Part shown: positions 1-12,783 of the stretch, piece by piece
Numbering within the stretch: the first letter of the stretch is position 1
How the letters are laid out: each line of letters begins with the position of its first letter
NCBI RefSeq assembly: GCF_044704955.1
Contig: NC_091981.1
Location: 103,602,001-103,666,000, forward strand
Reading direction: 5' to 3'
From: Pristiophorus japonicus
Taxonomy: Eukaryota
Length of the DNA stretch: 64,000 nucleotides
Notes under the pieces: model-generated
The model's database searches: none
Seen by the model: only the letters and a program-made list of their open reading frames with translations
What the model was told of the DNA's origin: nothing
Translations under genes and position numbers: made by a program

Positions 1-1476
1 AGCGCCTGTCCCTGTAGATTTGGTCAGGGTATGGCCTCCTCCCCATTAATGCCTGAGCGATCAGGTTTCTGCGAGGGTGGCATCATATTATCCGTCGCCT
101 CCGCATGGCATGCATGCAAATCAACCTTATTACATGAGGCATAGTAATAGTTTCACCCATAATTATTATTCTTAATGTTGTTATTCTTGTTATTGTGAGA
201 CAGTACTTACTGAAGCACTCACACCTTTGCTGGGTGACGCCCTAGTAGAACAGATCACCCCCTGTTCTGCGCATGTGTAACACTGAGCTCTGTCTCTATG
301 GAGATGCGGCACACAGTGATTTATGGCACTAAGAGCTTTTGCCGAATGCATATGTTTGCTGCTGTGCTGTCTCTGAAGCACAGTTTGGAGTGCATGCCAG
401 CAGGATCACTCCCTCAACTGGACAGAAACACATGAGCTCGGCGCCTGGATTCCACCCGCCTCCTCTGGGCTTCTTTCCAAGCTGAGCCCGGGGGGCTCAG
501 GTTGAATCCAAGCGCCGAGCTCCTGTGCTTGTGTCTGGCTGAGGGTGCAATCCTGCCACTGGCTGGCCGGCACTCTTCTAACTCATGCCTTGAGCCCCAT
601 GAGCAGAGATTCTGTGGTGGCTGGAGTCGCAATTTGCCTTCTCACATAACACGGAAAAAATTAATTTTCTAACATTCTGTGGAAAAAATGTACTTTCCGA
701 GTTATTTTCCGAGTTCCCTCTGAAAAAATCATCATGAATTTGTGTTTTAAATTGTCTTTTTCCCTCACTCCAAAAACTCAGAAATATACTTAACACCAAT
801 TTCCTTAAGTTAACTTAAGAGTTTTTCTGATTGGTACTTAAGGCCACTCTGCATCGTCCTGAAAAGAAAATTGCTTTTGCCGAAAATCGCTTAAATGGCT
901 AAAAAGGGCCAAAAACGGCATGGAAATCAGTTTTCAACCAGACCTGCACCAAAAAATCTGGCATACAGAAAATCCAGGCTGACAGTCACCGCCAGTGTAT
1001 AAACTTTGAGGGAAGTTGACAAATCAAGATTGCTCAAAAAAAAACAGTGGACGCCAAAAAAACGGCGCCCAATGATGGCAAAAATAAAGGCCGATTTGCT
1101 TCCATTTTCCCACCTCCAATATGATTTAATTACTAATCACATCTTCCACTCCCCTCTCCTTTCAGCTTTTCCAATTCTGTACTATTTAAGAGCACAATTA
1201 CTGACAAATTGAGGTGTTTTGTGCTGTGGATTCATCAACACTAGCTGAAACTGCCTAAAATCCATATTATTATCATGTTTATTGCAATTGGAAGTTAGTG
1301 AAGTTCCTCCCACAAAAAGGCACACTGGTTATTATTATAAAATAAGCACATTGTCCATGTTTTACAGTGCAATGTTGTAGATACATCAACACCATTAACA
1401 ATCTTGTAATACCACAACAGCTGTCATGTGCAGATATGCATGTTATTCCTGCAATGAAATGCTCGAATAATCAATT

Positions 1477-2238
1477 GGCCTGAAAATCGCGGCCTCCCCG
1501 GGTCCATACTGAGTGTGTACAGACCTGGGAAGGCATCGCAAAAGCCATTTTTCAATGCACAAGGCTTTTCCAATCTGTCAAGCTCCAACTTGACAGATCC
1601 TCCGCATCTCGGGAGCGAGGACATTTGCCAGGGCAAGATTGCGGTATTTACCCATATCTTGCCCAAGAAATGTCCTCAAAACTCTTGCGCATGATAAAAG
1701 CAGGTGCTTAGTCTACTTTTACAGGTGTAAGTGTTTTAAAACATACAAAAACATAATAAAATAAAATTAAAAAAACAAATGTTATTGTTAAAAACCCTGC
1801 CCACTATGGTAAGTTTATTTTAAACCATAATTAAAAGCACATTTTTAAAAATCGGAAAATGTATTTTTCTAAGACATTTATTAACTTTAATTTCAATTAA
1901 TTTTAATTATTTGAGGTGTGTTTTTTATTTTTTATTTTGGTGTTTAGTGTGTTTGTTTTTTTTCTCTCATTAAAAGCAATGAGAACTCGTAGATATGGAG
2001 TTCTCAATGCTATTAATGAGAATGCTGTGGAATACTGTATCTGATTGGTTGTGCAGTCACACATGACTGGATCTTCTGCATCGGAATGTCGAGGACGGGA
2101 GCGCGCTTCGCAGCCCGGGAAGAGCAGGCCTCTTCATTGGAATCGTAGGTGCCTCGGGGACCATCAGGTAATTTCGTAAAAATTCTCCGGTCGGAGGCAT
2201 TCGTCCGAAAGAAGCCTCCAACCGGAATTTCATTGCCA
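1477..2238. mobile_element. Putative non-autonomous DNA element (MITE-like) with degenerate terminal inverted repeats
   Basis: Begins ggcctgaaaatcgcgg and ends ccggaatttcattgcc (imperfect inverted ends). GC-rich arms surround an AT-rich core. No coding capacity. Family not identified. Confidence 0.4.
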
Positions 2239-2255
2239 TTATGTTCTTACATTTT

Positions 2256-3158
2256 GGCCCGGAATTCGCGGTGGGTAATAACAGTGAATGAACAGCTTGA
2301 AACTGACGGTAACTTCAGTCAGCCATTCACTACTCCGACACTTGCTGCGCTGTGGCTCCCCATCCCCCACCCCCTCCACAGTCAGTAATCAGTGAAATCA
2401 GTGAAACTGACGAAAACTTGGGCTCTCCTGCAGTAATGTCACTGTTAAATAGCCCAGTACAAGTTAGGCCTTGTTGGATTAGGTGTAACAGGGGTTTTAA
2501 CAGCAAATTGATTGCTAAACAAATGTTATTGTCCTGAAAAATTCATTTTAATTTTGTGGAGTGTCAACGTTCTCCATAATAATGAAAATTACAATTTTTA
2601 AGAAACTTAAAAATATATATATATATATGTTGTTAAATAATTTGTTCCAGGGATGTGGGTGTCACTGGCAAGGCCAGCTTGTATTACCCATGCCTAATTT
2701 CCCTTCAGAAGGTGGTGGTGAGCTGCCTTCTTGAAATGCAGTCGATGAGGTGAAGGTACTCCCACAGTGCTGTTACAGAGGCAGTTCCAGAATTTTGATC
2801 CAGCGTCAATAAAGGAATGGCAATATATAAGTTTGTTCATATTTATTTCAGGTTCTACCTGATCCCCATGTGAGAGCCCCAATCTTTGTTTTGCTCTCTG
2901 TAACATTTTTTAAAAGTCAGAATAAAAGCGACTTCTTCACTTCCTGGTACCCTGTCTGTGGGAATACTGCATTGTGATTGGTCACTTAGACAGTTTGTTT
3001 ATGTCACAGCTATTGGATTCCCACTACACTACACTGATCTCAATTGCACAAAAAAGGCACAATTCTTGCCACAGAAATTACAAGATCTTTGTGAGCAGCT
3101 TTCTTCCGCACCAGCAGTAAACGCCTTTGCTTCGCCACTGACCGCAAATTGTAAGTCT
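2256..3158. mobile_element. Second putative MITE-like element carrying a nested LINE fragment
   Basis: Left end ggcccggaattcgcggt and right end accgcaaattgtaagtc are partially inverted. The left end resembles that of the element at 1477. Confidence 0.35.
2648..2830 (-). mobile_element. CR1-type LINE 3' fragment (common shark repeat)
   Basis: gggatgtgggtgtcactggcaaggccagc...aaggtggtggtgagctgccttcttgaa...ggtactcccacagtgctgtta...gttccagaattttgatccagcg resembles, from recall, the reverse complement of an abundant chondrichthyan LINE 3' end. Confidence 0.65.
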
Positions 3159-3229
3159 TTGTTTTGGCATGATCACACTTAAATATTGTATCCCATCCTG
3201 GTCACTGAGACACAAGGGACACATTCAAA

Positions 3230-3368
3230 CCCTGGAGGAAATACAGAGAAGATGAAAGTTACTGATCTCTAGCATGAAAAGACTGAAGTATGAGGAAAGA
3301 CTAGAGAATCTTGGACTGCTCATCTTTGAGAGGAAGTGACTGTAGGTGACAATTCAGAGGTACAGAAT
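3230..3368 (+). mobile_element. Degenerate CR1 LINE ORF2 C-terminal fragment
   Basis: Translates as LEEIQRR*KLLISSMKRLKYEERLENLGLLIFERK*L*, matching the CR1 motif LE.VQRRATK.I.GL..LSYEERL..LGLFSLEKRRLRGD with stop codons. Confidence 0.75.
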
Positions 3369-3864
3369 GGCCTACTTCAATTAAAATGTAAGGTTGGTGC
3401 AAAGCAGTTTCCACTTTACACCAGCACAAAAATTGCATTACAAGTTCACAGTCTGGGTCCAGCATAATTCGAGAGAGAAGCCACATGACACTTCCTGGAA
3501 TAGGCTGTCTCACCACTTAGGTTTGGCACCACATGCAGTGCAAGCCTGGTGCTGTGTCAAACTGGTTTTAAGAAGTGCCCAAGGGGTCCCATGGGTCACC
3601 TTGACCCTTTTTACACTTCTGTAAAATTGGGACAGTGTGAATACACCCACTGCACTCTCAAAACATTTACATTTTAACTGTGGGAAGAGAAGCTCTTCAC
3701 ATGCGTGTGCTCACATGTACAGAGCACCTCTTCTAACCATAAGAGCCAAAAGTCCAGACAGGTAGTATAAAGTGGATACTACTGTGATTGATTACAAACC
3801 ATTTCTAGCTATCAGTCCATAAATGCTGCAGTAAACATCAAATTCAGAGCTTTACTTTAAATCA

Positions 3865-4030
3865 AAATATGGCAATAGGACAAGGAGGCACATGTTCAAT
3901 TTAGGACTGTTCTCTGGAGCGTCTTCTTCTTACATAGTGTGACCAACACATAGAACTATAGACTATTTCTGTATGGATGAGTTAACGCAGGCTGAATGGG
4001 CTTCGTCGTCGGTATCTATCTCATGATTAC
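3865..4030 (+). mobile_element. Continuation of the CR1 fragment (RTRGH-like segment and 3'UTR)
   Basis: aggacaaggaggcacatgttcaa (RTRRHMF), ttcttcttacatagtgtgaccaacacatagaac (FF..RVVN.WN-like) and a ggctgaatgggcttc 3'UTR-like motif. Confidence 0.55.
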
Positions 4031-7000
4031 ATCACTTCAAACATTGCACTCTAAATTCAGCACACTTGGCTTTAAAAGGTAAAAGAACAGCCTCCTCCCC
4101 GCCCTCACCCATCCCATCTACTTAATATATATATTGTGTGCAATAGAAAACACCTGTACCTCAATATCAGGCTCCAATTAAGCTAAGAACCCAAGGTAGT
4201 CATTTTCTTGTGGTTTCATGCCACTGAGGTATATGTTATATCTTAATATCAGCTTGATAGCTCAGTTTAAATATTGGTTGGTACCCCAAGGGCTAAGAAA
4301 GGGTATCCACACCACGCTCGCACTTGGATAGAAATTATACACAGATAAGAGAAAAAAAATATCTTTAGGATCTGTGTCATTTTGATGTATCATAATGAAT
4401 GTCCTATTCACCATATTACGTCACCTTTTTAAAGGGCACATTTTGGGTCTGATGATAAATTTTAGGACCTCACTAGGGTCTAATTTTTAAAGCCTTTTTT
4501 ATTCCTACCCGCTTATTAAAGGCAAGAGGGAATGTTTACGTAAATCTTACATATTGCTCAATATGATTTTAAAATCAACCGCATGCATGTGCGATGTTGG
4601 GTAAATAGCAGCATATGGTATGTACGCAATATTACATACGTTATTTCTAAATTTCATTAAAATTATCTCAAAATTAGTACTGGTGATTACTTATTAATAT
4701 TTCCTTCAACGTGCAAAGCTGTTTTCGAACTCGAAGGACTAATCTGCGTGACAGATGATTTTAAAAAAAACTTTCAAAGAATTATTTTTGAAAAGAAAAA
4801 TAGGTCTGAAACGTTTAAAAAGTAAACAGGTAAGTCGATAAATTGCAACATCCCATTTTAGTTGATCGCCAGTTAGTATCACTAAACTGGTGTGTATGAA
4901 ACTGAATGCTCCTTCTATGTAAATATCATCGATTTCCCTAAGAGCTCATTCCACCACAAAGACCTGCATTTTTTCCTGGTTCTGCAGATAAACACAATTC
5001 TTAGACAGAGGAAAAAGAAGAAAAATGAGTCCGGGTTTTCGATTTTACAAAAACGGCACAAAAAGACTCTTTCGATGTTATAGGCACTGAACGAGTCAGA
5101 GTGCACATTGTCCGAGGACTCGACATTGGCAGTATAACTGCAGTATGAGCCCCGAACTAAAACGAGCCGGCAGAGTTTCGTATGTAAAACCCATCTAGAT
5201 TTAAGAAGTCAGCTCGGGTCCCTTCGTGCTGCCCGTCTACCGTGATCTACCGCAACTCGGTGCGAAACTTTGATTTCTTCTTTACAACAGCCAAGTCCCG
5301 GAACCAAAGACCGCGACCAAACTAGAGGACAACTATATAAGAATGATCAGATTATTAGTCGCTTATAATAAATTCATAATTTTCAATTGCCCTAATTGTT
5401 GGAGGACATATTTTAAATTAAACCTACATTAATTACAAGGGGCTTTGGGGGCTTTACCTTACGGTTTTTCAGAGCACAGTGCTGAAACATGATGAAAGAG
5501 AATACAAACACAGTCATTCACCTTGAGGGATTTTTTATTAAGGCGCACTACAAAAGATTTTTGCTTGTTATATATTTATTAGCGGGTTATTAGTGGCTTG
5601 TGTAATTTTCAACAGTGGAAAGCTTGATTTTCTAAAATAATTGGTATTCTTCCAGTTGAAATTAAAAAATATTGAATTTGCACGACGGTTTGACTTACTT
5701 GTTCACGATCCAATCTTAGCGGAAGGAGCAGCCACTCTGGCGGTACTGTGCCGAACTTGTCAACCAACAGGTAGCCTATGGTGTTTGGAAATTGGCAAAC
5801 ACCGAATATGGCAAATATAGATACAGCCCTTATATTGCAAAATTTAATCCCGCTGTTTCTAGTACTGTCAAATAGCAAGGCATCTCCAGTCTGAATTTTT
5901 AAAATAGATTAGGTCATCCATTTTTATTTAGGTCTCGCACATTGGTTCAACTCCAGCTAACAGTGCGTTTCTTGATAAAAGTAGGGAAAGTGTAAGCCTC
6001 TACGCGCAATATATATATATATATATATCTAGACTCGAATTTTCTTCGCACTTCATTCTGCTATTCTCGTCTCAATATTTTCAAAATTAACTTCGGTAGC
6101 TTTAAAGATGGTTTTACATTTTTGCAGAAAAGTTTTGATCGTGAGCTGTTACTATTCTACAGCTTCTATCATGCTGATATCATTATAAGTACAGATTTGG
6201 GGCTAAGAGGTAAACGAGCCTTTCTCAGCGGACCCCAGCTGCAGAGTAATACCGCACGAATTTTTGTTTTTCGCCATTAATTTCACAATGAGCAAATACT
6301 TCTGTTAACATCAACGGAACGAAAAGTAATGTAAATTCTTAATAATTTTGTTTTATTTCTAAATGAGTTGTCTTAATTTTGCAGCGAGCGATTTTGAAAA
6401 TTTGGTTTTAATTAAGTAAATGCCAGGGCTTTGCGGTAGATTGTACGGCTGTGTGAATTATCGTTGAATACTGATAGTATGATCTGTTCATTCTGACTGA
6501 TACCGATTTCCTCTCTTCAAACTTCCTGGTATTAACTGCAAAAATTACGTTTAAACTAACGATCAATATTATTGGATTTCTAAATTTTATATTAATGCTA
6601 CAGCATAAGAGGAAGACCGATCCTTGGTCTGTATGTAAATATGTAAAAGGTCCCATGGCCATATCCATAAATATTACTGTATTACATTATGGAAGAAATT
6701 GTACACGTTTTGTTTGTAAAATTAAAGAAGTTCAGCTGTACTTCAAAAGTATCGTATTCATCAGTAGAAATATTTGGAAAGGCGTTGGAAATAAATGATT
6801 GTGGAGTTTGTTTAACTGGTTCACCTTTCAATTTATAATATGTATATATATAGACAGTAGAGACAGAATATGGGTAGCTGTTGATTTGTAATGTGCTGAC
6901 TGTCAGCCGTTTTATTATTTGTCTATTTTGATACTTGACTCCGTGCTTATTTTGAATGTACTATTAAACTCCGCTATTGTTTCCAAATGTAAAATATTAG

Positions 7001-8911
7001 ATATCATGCGACAGCAGCTACTGCATTGCTAAAATCATGGCTTGCCTCTTAAAATGATGAATCGGCCCTTACAACCTGAAGTACGTTTGCTTAACCTTAT
7101 GGGCAAAACTATCAAAAGGTCAGAACTGGGATTGTCCTGTGAATAGACTCAGTTAATTATTTCGAAACAAATTACTGTCTTATAGTGTAGATTAATACTG
7201 TACTGACTGCACACGCGTGTTGTTATTAAAGTGAATTTAGTAATGCTAGAAGCGCACATAGCTTTGTGTTTTTAAAAGATTGTTGATAACAGCTACTGCC
7301 CAACTAAAGTAAACAGGTCGATCTAATGCTAAATATTGAAAATGTTTCAAACGAGGTCTCAAAAAACCCCCGAATTACTTTTGCCTTATTCCTCGCAATC
7401 CGCAAAGACGGCTTGAGGTCTCTTTAGCAGAGGTGCAAAGAATACAAGCACTTTGTTAATCACCTGATCCCAAGAACATGGAAGACTCGCAGTTTAGGAA
7501 ACACACACTTTTGAAACCGTTTAAATATTAACTTTAATGTGTTGATTATTTGGGAAATTGAAACAATTTAAAAGAAACAACCTGATTTCTGATAATTCTG
7601 TAACTATTTAAGTTGTGCCTTGAATAATCCAGCTCCTGATGGTTCGGTACTCACTGTGTTCAGTGCAGACACGATATATATTTCAAATCTACCCTGCACG
7701 TTTGATGTTGTGAGGCTGTTGAGGGTAAATATTCCTTCCACATCTATTTGTGTTATTGCTAACTGAAAATGCATTTGAATGAAAATGTATCCATACAATA
7801 CCATAAATGTTCTCTCAATATTATCTCCATTGTCTAACGTGTGCATGTCACTTTAAACCTTTCTTCATCCTGTCAAATTGTCTTAGCTAGTCTATTTGTC
7901 CAGTGGCGATTGATGATTGAGAGTTGAAGAGCTGATTGGACTATTTTAGGTAGAGGTCGTTTACTGATATGTATGTCTATGTAGTTTATAATATTTGCAT
8001 CGTTTTATAGTATTACAGCGTGATTGCGTTGCGTTCAGAAGCATTGACTAATTCACTGTAGTTTATTTTAAATTTAGATCAATTCATTATGAGCTATATT
8101 AAAGGTCTCGATTTTCAGACTGCATTCAGCTCGTTTTATTTGCGGCTTTGAATATTGTTTGACTCCTTGCATAAACGTGTAATACATATAATTCATACTG
8201 TGTCTCACCACTCTTATGCGCATTGCTCATCTGGAATATTCCTACAAATATTTCAGAATTCTAATAATTGTGGAAATTGGACGGACATCAAACATTCGCA
8301 AACATACAATCTGGGGAAATGGTCCCAATATGATACGTAGGGCTGAGGAAGAACTGCACTGTCGTATGGATGAGGCGTGCCTGGTAACTTTCTGCATTTA
8401 ACAGTCAGTTAGGATCTCATTGTAGGTTCTTGTTATAAGCTTTATGAATACTAAATAATCGGATTCCATTGTAACTTGCCATCTTTCAACGAAATAAATC
8501 GTTATATTAAAACAATATCTGCTGACAAAGTCTCGTTAGTCCTGCATAGTGGCTGACCATTTATGCCTCAGTTCTGTCATAAAACTAAACCCCAGTATCG
8601 ATTAGGACGTCAATGTTTATAGAGAAGATTACTCAGAACGTGACCTGTCATTAGAATGGGGCAATAAACTATAATTAAATATTCATTTATTCAGTGACAG
8701 AATGAACTTTGACCTCAAACAAGGATAACAATTTGCTTAATACCCTGTATTTTGGTGTGGATTCTGAGAGGTTTTCTTGTAATTATGCGTCGTTTGCTTA
8801 CACCATGTCGCTGGTGTAAGGGATTTGTCTGGAGTTTGTAGCTAGGGCTCACCCCGAGCTAAAACAGGAGGGCTAATTTGAAAATGACCCAACGCTGAAT
8901 TAATTTCGGCT

Positions 8912-8928
8912 TGAACTTTCGGTGAACT
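8912..8928 (-). promoter_or_regulatory. Hoxa1 3' retinoic acid response element (DR5)
   Basis: Minus strand AGTTCA ccgaa AGTTCA, ~3 kb downstream of the Hoxa1 stop. The known mouse element is GGTTCA ccgaa AGTTCA. Confidence 0.92.
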
Positions 8929-9997
8929 GGAGATTAAACAAGGCTGAGCAGCCAGAGTGGAACAGTTTCTTAGCTATAGGGTTTTCAGTCAGCCTTTCAC
9001 ACTGAGTAAATATTGATCATCTTCAATCTGATTGCCCTGGAAGAAAATGCAGAGTCTCTGCATGAAGAAGGTAAATTCAAGACGGTGAATGAACATTGCG
9101 AGCGATCTCTCGTTTTCGTGAGACACTCTATAGCTCTTCTCCGATTAAAAAAAAAACAGCGTCAAAGAAGACAACCGTATTCATGATAGGTCAATTCAGT
9201 ATAAAAAGAGGCCGTAATGTAAAAATAAAAAATATAATGTTCCGAAGCGGTAATAAAGTGATCATTTAAAATTTGGTTTGTACAGGGGAAATAATCAGGA
9301 ATCCAAAGCTAAACAAAATAAAAACTCACTCGTCATTCAGTGTTAAAAATTAGATGATTGAACTATTTTAAAGCAGAACATTACGGCGAGTTTAGATTAT
9401 TATTATAGGTTGACAGTTGGATTCTTTCTGAATATAAATTCCACCTCAAGTTAAAAGATTTGGAAGTGCAGTAAAAGTCTGCTATACATTTGCCAGTAAA
9501 TCAGAGGAAAGTGAACTCATGGCTTTTGTGGGTTTTTTTAAGATTTCACCTACTGAGATGTGATGTAGGTTTTTGTTGCTGTTGTTCAGAAATGTGCGAA
9601 CGATAATTGTTGAATGTATTGTATGTATTTAAATTGTGTATATATTAACTGATCGGGAGATGAATTGACATGAAGTCATAAAAGTGAACAAGAATCATTC
9701 GATTCTTTTTCTACTGCGTGTTTCTCGCAGCGAGGGTTGAGGTGTGCAGAATGAGAAAGCAAATGGATCCCACAACCATTGGATTTTACACCTAATCACC
9801 AGCAACAGATGGCCAGGCATTACAACCTGCGTAATAGCGGATACCTTGAAATTCAATCATATTTGCTCTAAACGGTTTGTAAAAGTTTGTATTGAGTCCC
9901 TAATTATTATAGTAGAATGTTCTAAGTACATATTATGCAACTGTAAAATGTTCCACTTCAAGAGACTTGTATTTCTAGCCTACTTAGAGTTATCTAA

Positions 9998-10110
9998 TTT
10001 CCTACATTACAACAGTGACGGCACTTCAAAAGTACTTCAGTGACTGTAAAGCACTTTGGGACGTCCTAAGGTCCTGTGAGGCGCCATATAAATGCAAGTC
10101 TTTTGTCTTT
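9998..10110 (+). mobile_element. SINE 3' end (shark DeuSINE/SacSINE1-like tail)
   Basis: cattacaacagtgac..cacttcaaaagtacttca...tgtaaagcactttgggacgtcct...ggcgccatataaatgcaagtctttt, recognised from recall as a common shark SINE tail. Confidence 0.7.
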
Positions 10111-11106
10111 TATCGGAAATTATTTTAAGCATTCCTTTTCATATTTTAAACTCTAGGTGCTCTTAATATATTGCAATTAAAAACATAGATTTACATGTTG
10201 GCGAACTAAGCATCCAATCCAATGGTTATAAAAATAAACAAACGGATGTGTATAGAAGAAATATTGGTTAGTTGCTTCCGAGTTTTGACTTTTACAAGTT
10301 GTTTTCTTTAGTAAACAGAAAGTGGTGCTGGTAATGCTGAGCATCAACTAAGTCAGAAGTTGAAGGTTTCTTTGAAGTTCTTTTCCATCGACTCCAACCT
10401 CCTAAATGCAGACAGCTCTATAGCAGATATCTCCCTTGATATGGCCGACGTGCCCTAAAACACCATCGACTTTTGCTATTGACACCAAACTGCATCTAAT
10501 CATGTTGATTCTGAAGCAAATGCCAGTGACATTCTAATCACGCGGCTTCAGCGGTTTGTCCAGTCAAAACAATACAAGGAAAATAGTTTAGTTTAGAAAG
10601 TTGATTACATAATCTTGTATTTTTGTCATTCCTTTACATTTCGCTTAATCGAGTATATTTACGTGAAATCAGTAAAATCTTTAGTGCAATAATCTGAAGC
10701 AAAGCTATTTGATGACAATGGCTGTCTTTGGAGAGTGCGTTGTTTACATATATGTAAATAAGCTATTCAAGGTGAAAAGGTCAGCCCTTAGATCTGGTAT
10801 GTGTAGTATTTAACATTGCAGATAACGCTTCTTTAAAGACCCCCAGGTCTTTCCTGCGAACAGAAAACTTGTCCCATTTAGATTCCATTTGCTTGAAACG
10901 GCAAGCACCAACCGCAATGAAAGCTGATGATTTTTTCCTCTCCACGTCTTATCAATTTAGAATCTAAAATAAATAAAATGCGTGTCATGTAAAAACACGC
11001 AGTCTCTGAAGGAAAATAACATTTTAACATTGTTACTAAGTATACAAGTTTACGGAAAGGAAAGAGGAACAGTCACATTCTTGATTATCATAGAGAAGCG
11101 CAGCAT

Positions 11107-11112
11107 TTTAAT
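11107..11112 (-). terminator. Candidate Hoxa1 polyadenylation signal (ATTAAA)
   Basis: ATTAAA on the minus strand ~880 nt after the stop codon, followed by U/GU-rich sequence. Confidence 0.45.
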
Positions 11113-11985
11113 AGAATGTATTAGTTGAACCCGTAAATTCTGTTCTGGATTTCAGTCACAGAAAATCTCAGAACTGTCTCAAATCACGTGCTGATTGTAT
11201 ATAACATCTAGTCACACAGTAGAACTGATAAAACTCAGTAATGGGGAGGTACACACTGACAGCATTGTATCATGCAAAATTCCAGACACAAACCACAGGA
11301 AAAACAATCGTTTGGCTATAAATTACATTAACATGTAGCTTATGACATCAAGTCCAACAGATATCGGAGTAAACGTGATTAATTCTGAGGTATTTTAACA
11401 ATGTGCTACTGCTGGTCTTGAGACAACCCACTTACTTTTGGGAGGGGGGCAGGTTTTTTCACATTTTACATAGCCCAGTGCAATGAAGTATACAGTAATT
11501 TCTGTACATATAACCTTTCACAGTGTAAGGAGAGCTTTCCTATCTGCTCAGCTCTGCTTTCTGCAAGTACAAGAAATATTTCACTTACACTTCGATTAAT
11601 TGATCACATTTTGTTTATAAAAACTCTACATCTACATCATATAAGGATCGCTTGACCCTGGCTTTCAGCATCATTTTTAGAAAATACTCGTAAAAAGATA
11701 AAACTCTTGACAAAATATATACAACCAGCGCAGCTTACAATATATATGCAACACATTAAATTAAAATAGGACACTTATATTATACAGTAGTTTGTTCTTA
11801 GTGTAAACACTTTTATAATAGTGCATCTCTGGTTCGTTTAGAGATTGGCAGATTTTGTTTCCAAACAAAATATGTTTCTTTTTGTTTGTTTCCCAGAAAA
11901 TCATATAGAAATACATGTTTTCCTTCTAACTTAAAACAACTAGCAAATTAAATGATTCCCAGTTTGGGTTTGTTTTCGGAATGTT

Positions 11986-12338
11986 TCAGCCTGAAGTATT
12001 AATGGTTTCTGAGGTAGATGATGATGGGGAGGGAGTCGATGAGGTAGAGCTAGACTTGTCTGAGGTGTCTTCTGTGTTTGCTTCACTCCCAGGTGTGGCC
12101 GGAGAAGCTGAGGTAAGACCCTCCTTTTCCCGTTTTTTCTGCTTCATCCGCCGATTCTGGAACCAAATTTTTACCTGGGTTTCGTTGAGCTGGAGGGCAG
12201 CAGCAATTTCCACCCGCCTGGCCCGGGTCAAGTACTTGTTGAAGTGGAACTCCTTCTCCAGCTCCGTTAGTTGCTTGGTGGTGAAATTTGTTCTCACCGT
12301 ATTGGGCTGACCGGCAAAACCATATTCCCCAGCCTTTC
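11986..12338 (-). CDS. HOXA1: Homeobox protein Hox-A1, exon 2 (homeodomain)
   Basis: PG1 homeodomain [56 protein letters not shown]. Acceptor tttag at 12340-12339. Phase is consistent with exon 1; the joined protein is 326 aa. Confidence 0.97.
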
Positions 12339-12783
12339 CTAAATCAGTAAAAATGATCACAAAACAAGCAGGTAAGTCAGGGAGGATTTAAAAGACAGAA
12401 TATGAAAACGGCTTGGGATTGCTGGGCTAATTTTACTGCACTGGTAATCAATCATAGCCGTTTCAGTACTTTGGAAATGTCTTGTCAGAAAAGCCTAAAA
12501 GGATTACTCTACAACTGTTACATGTCATCAGCTAGTTGATGTTTAAATTATGCTTTAGTTAATGCAGAGAAGGCAGGAAGAAATAAATAGATCACAGATA
12601 AAGACAGTGTAGACGAAAGGTGAGGCCATCAGATCAACTTTAACAACATGCAACAGATTAAGATTCAATTTTTTCCTCTAGTCTGATACACTTTATAATC
12701 ACTTTCCTTACCACAGTTACTAGTATTCCATTTTAACTTACAATATCCCGTCGAAAGGAGTGAACATAGAAAATTCAATTTAC

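Noticed and set aside
190-1212. Short ORFs in the first kilobase
   Set aside because: No recognisable domains; probably degraded repeat sequence that I cannot classify.
5728-5745. CTCF-like CCGCCAGAGTGGC
   Set aside because: The core spacing is off by one base relative to the consensus, so support is insufficient.
8741-8749. TACCCTGTA as a miR-10 gene or target site
   Set aside because: No hairpin partner arm, and it lies beyond the likely Hoxa1 polyadenylation site.
11981-12310. Antisense ORFs over the homeoboxes (also 44453-44752, 57373-57705, 61314-61715)
   Set aside because: Expected shadow ORFs of conserved coding sequence; no independent evidence.
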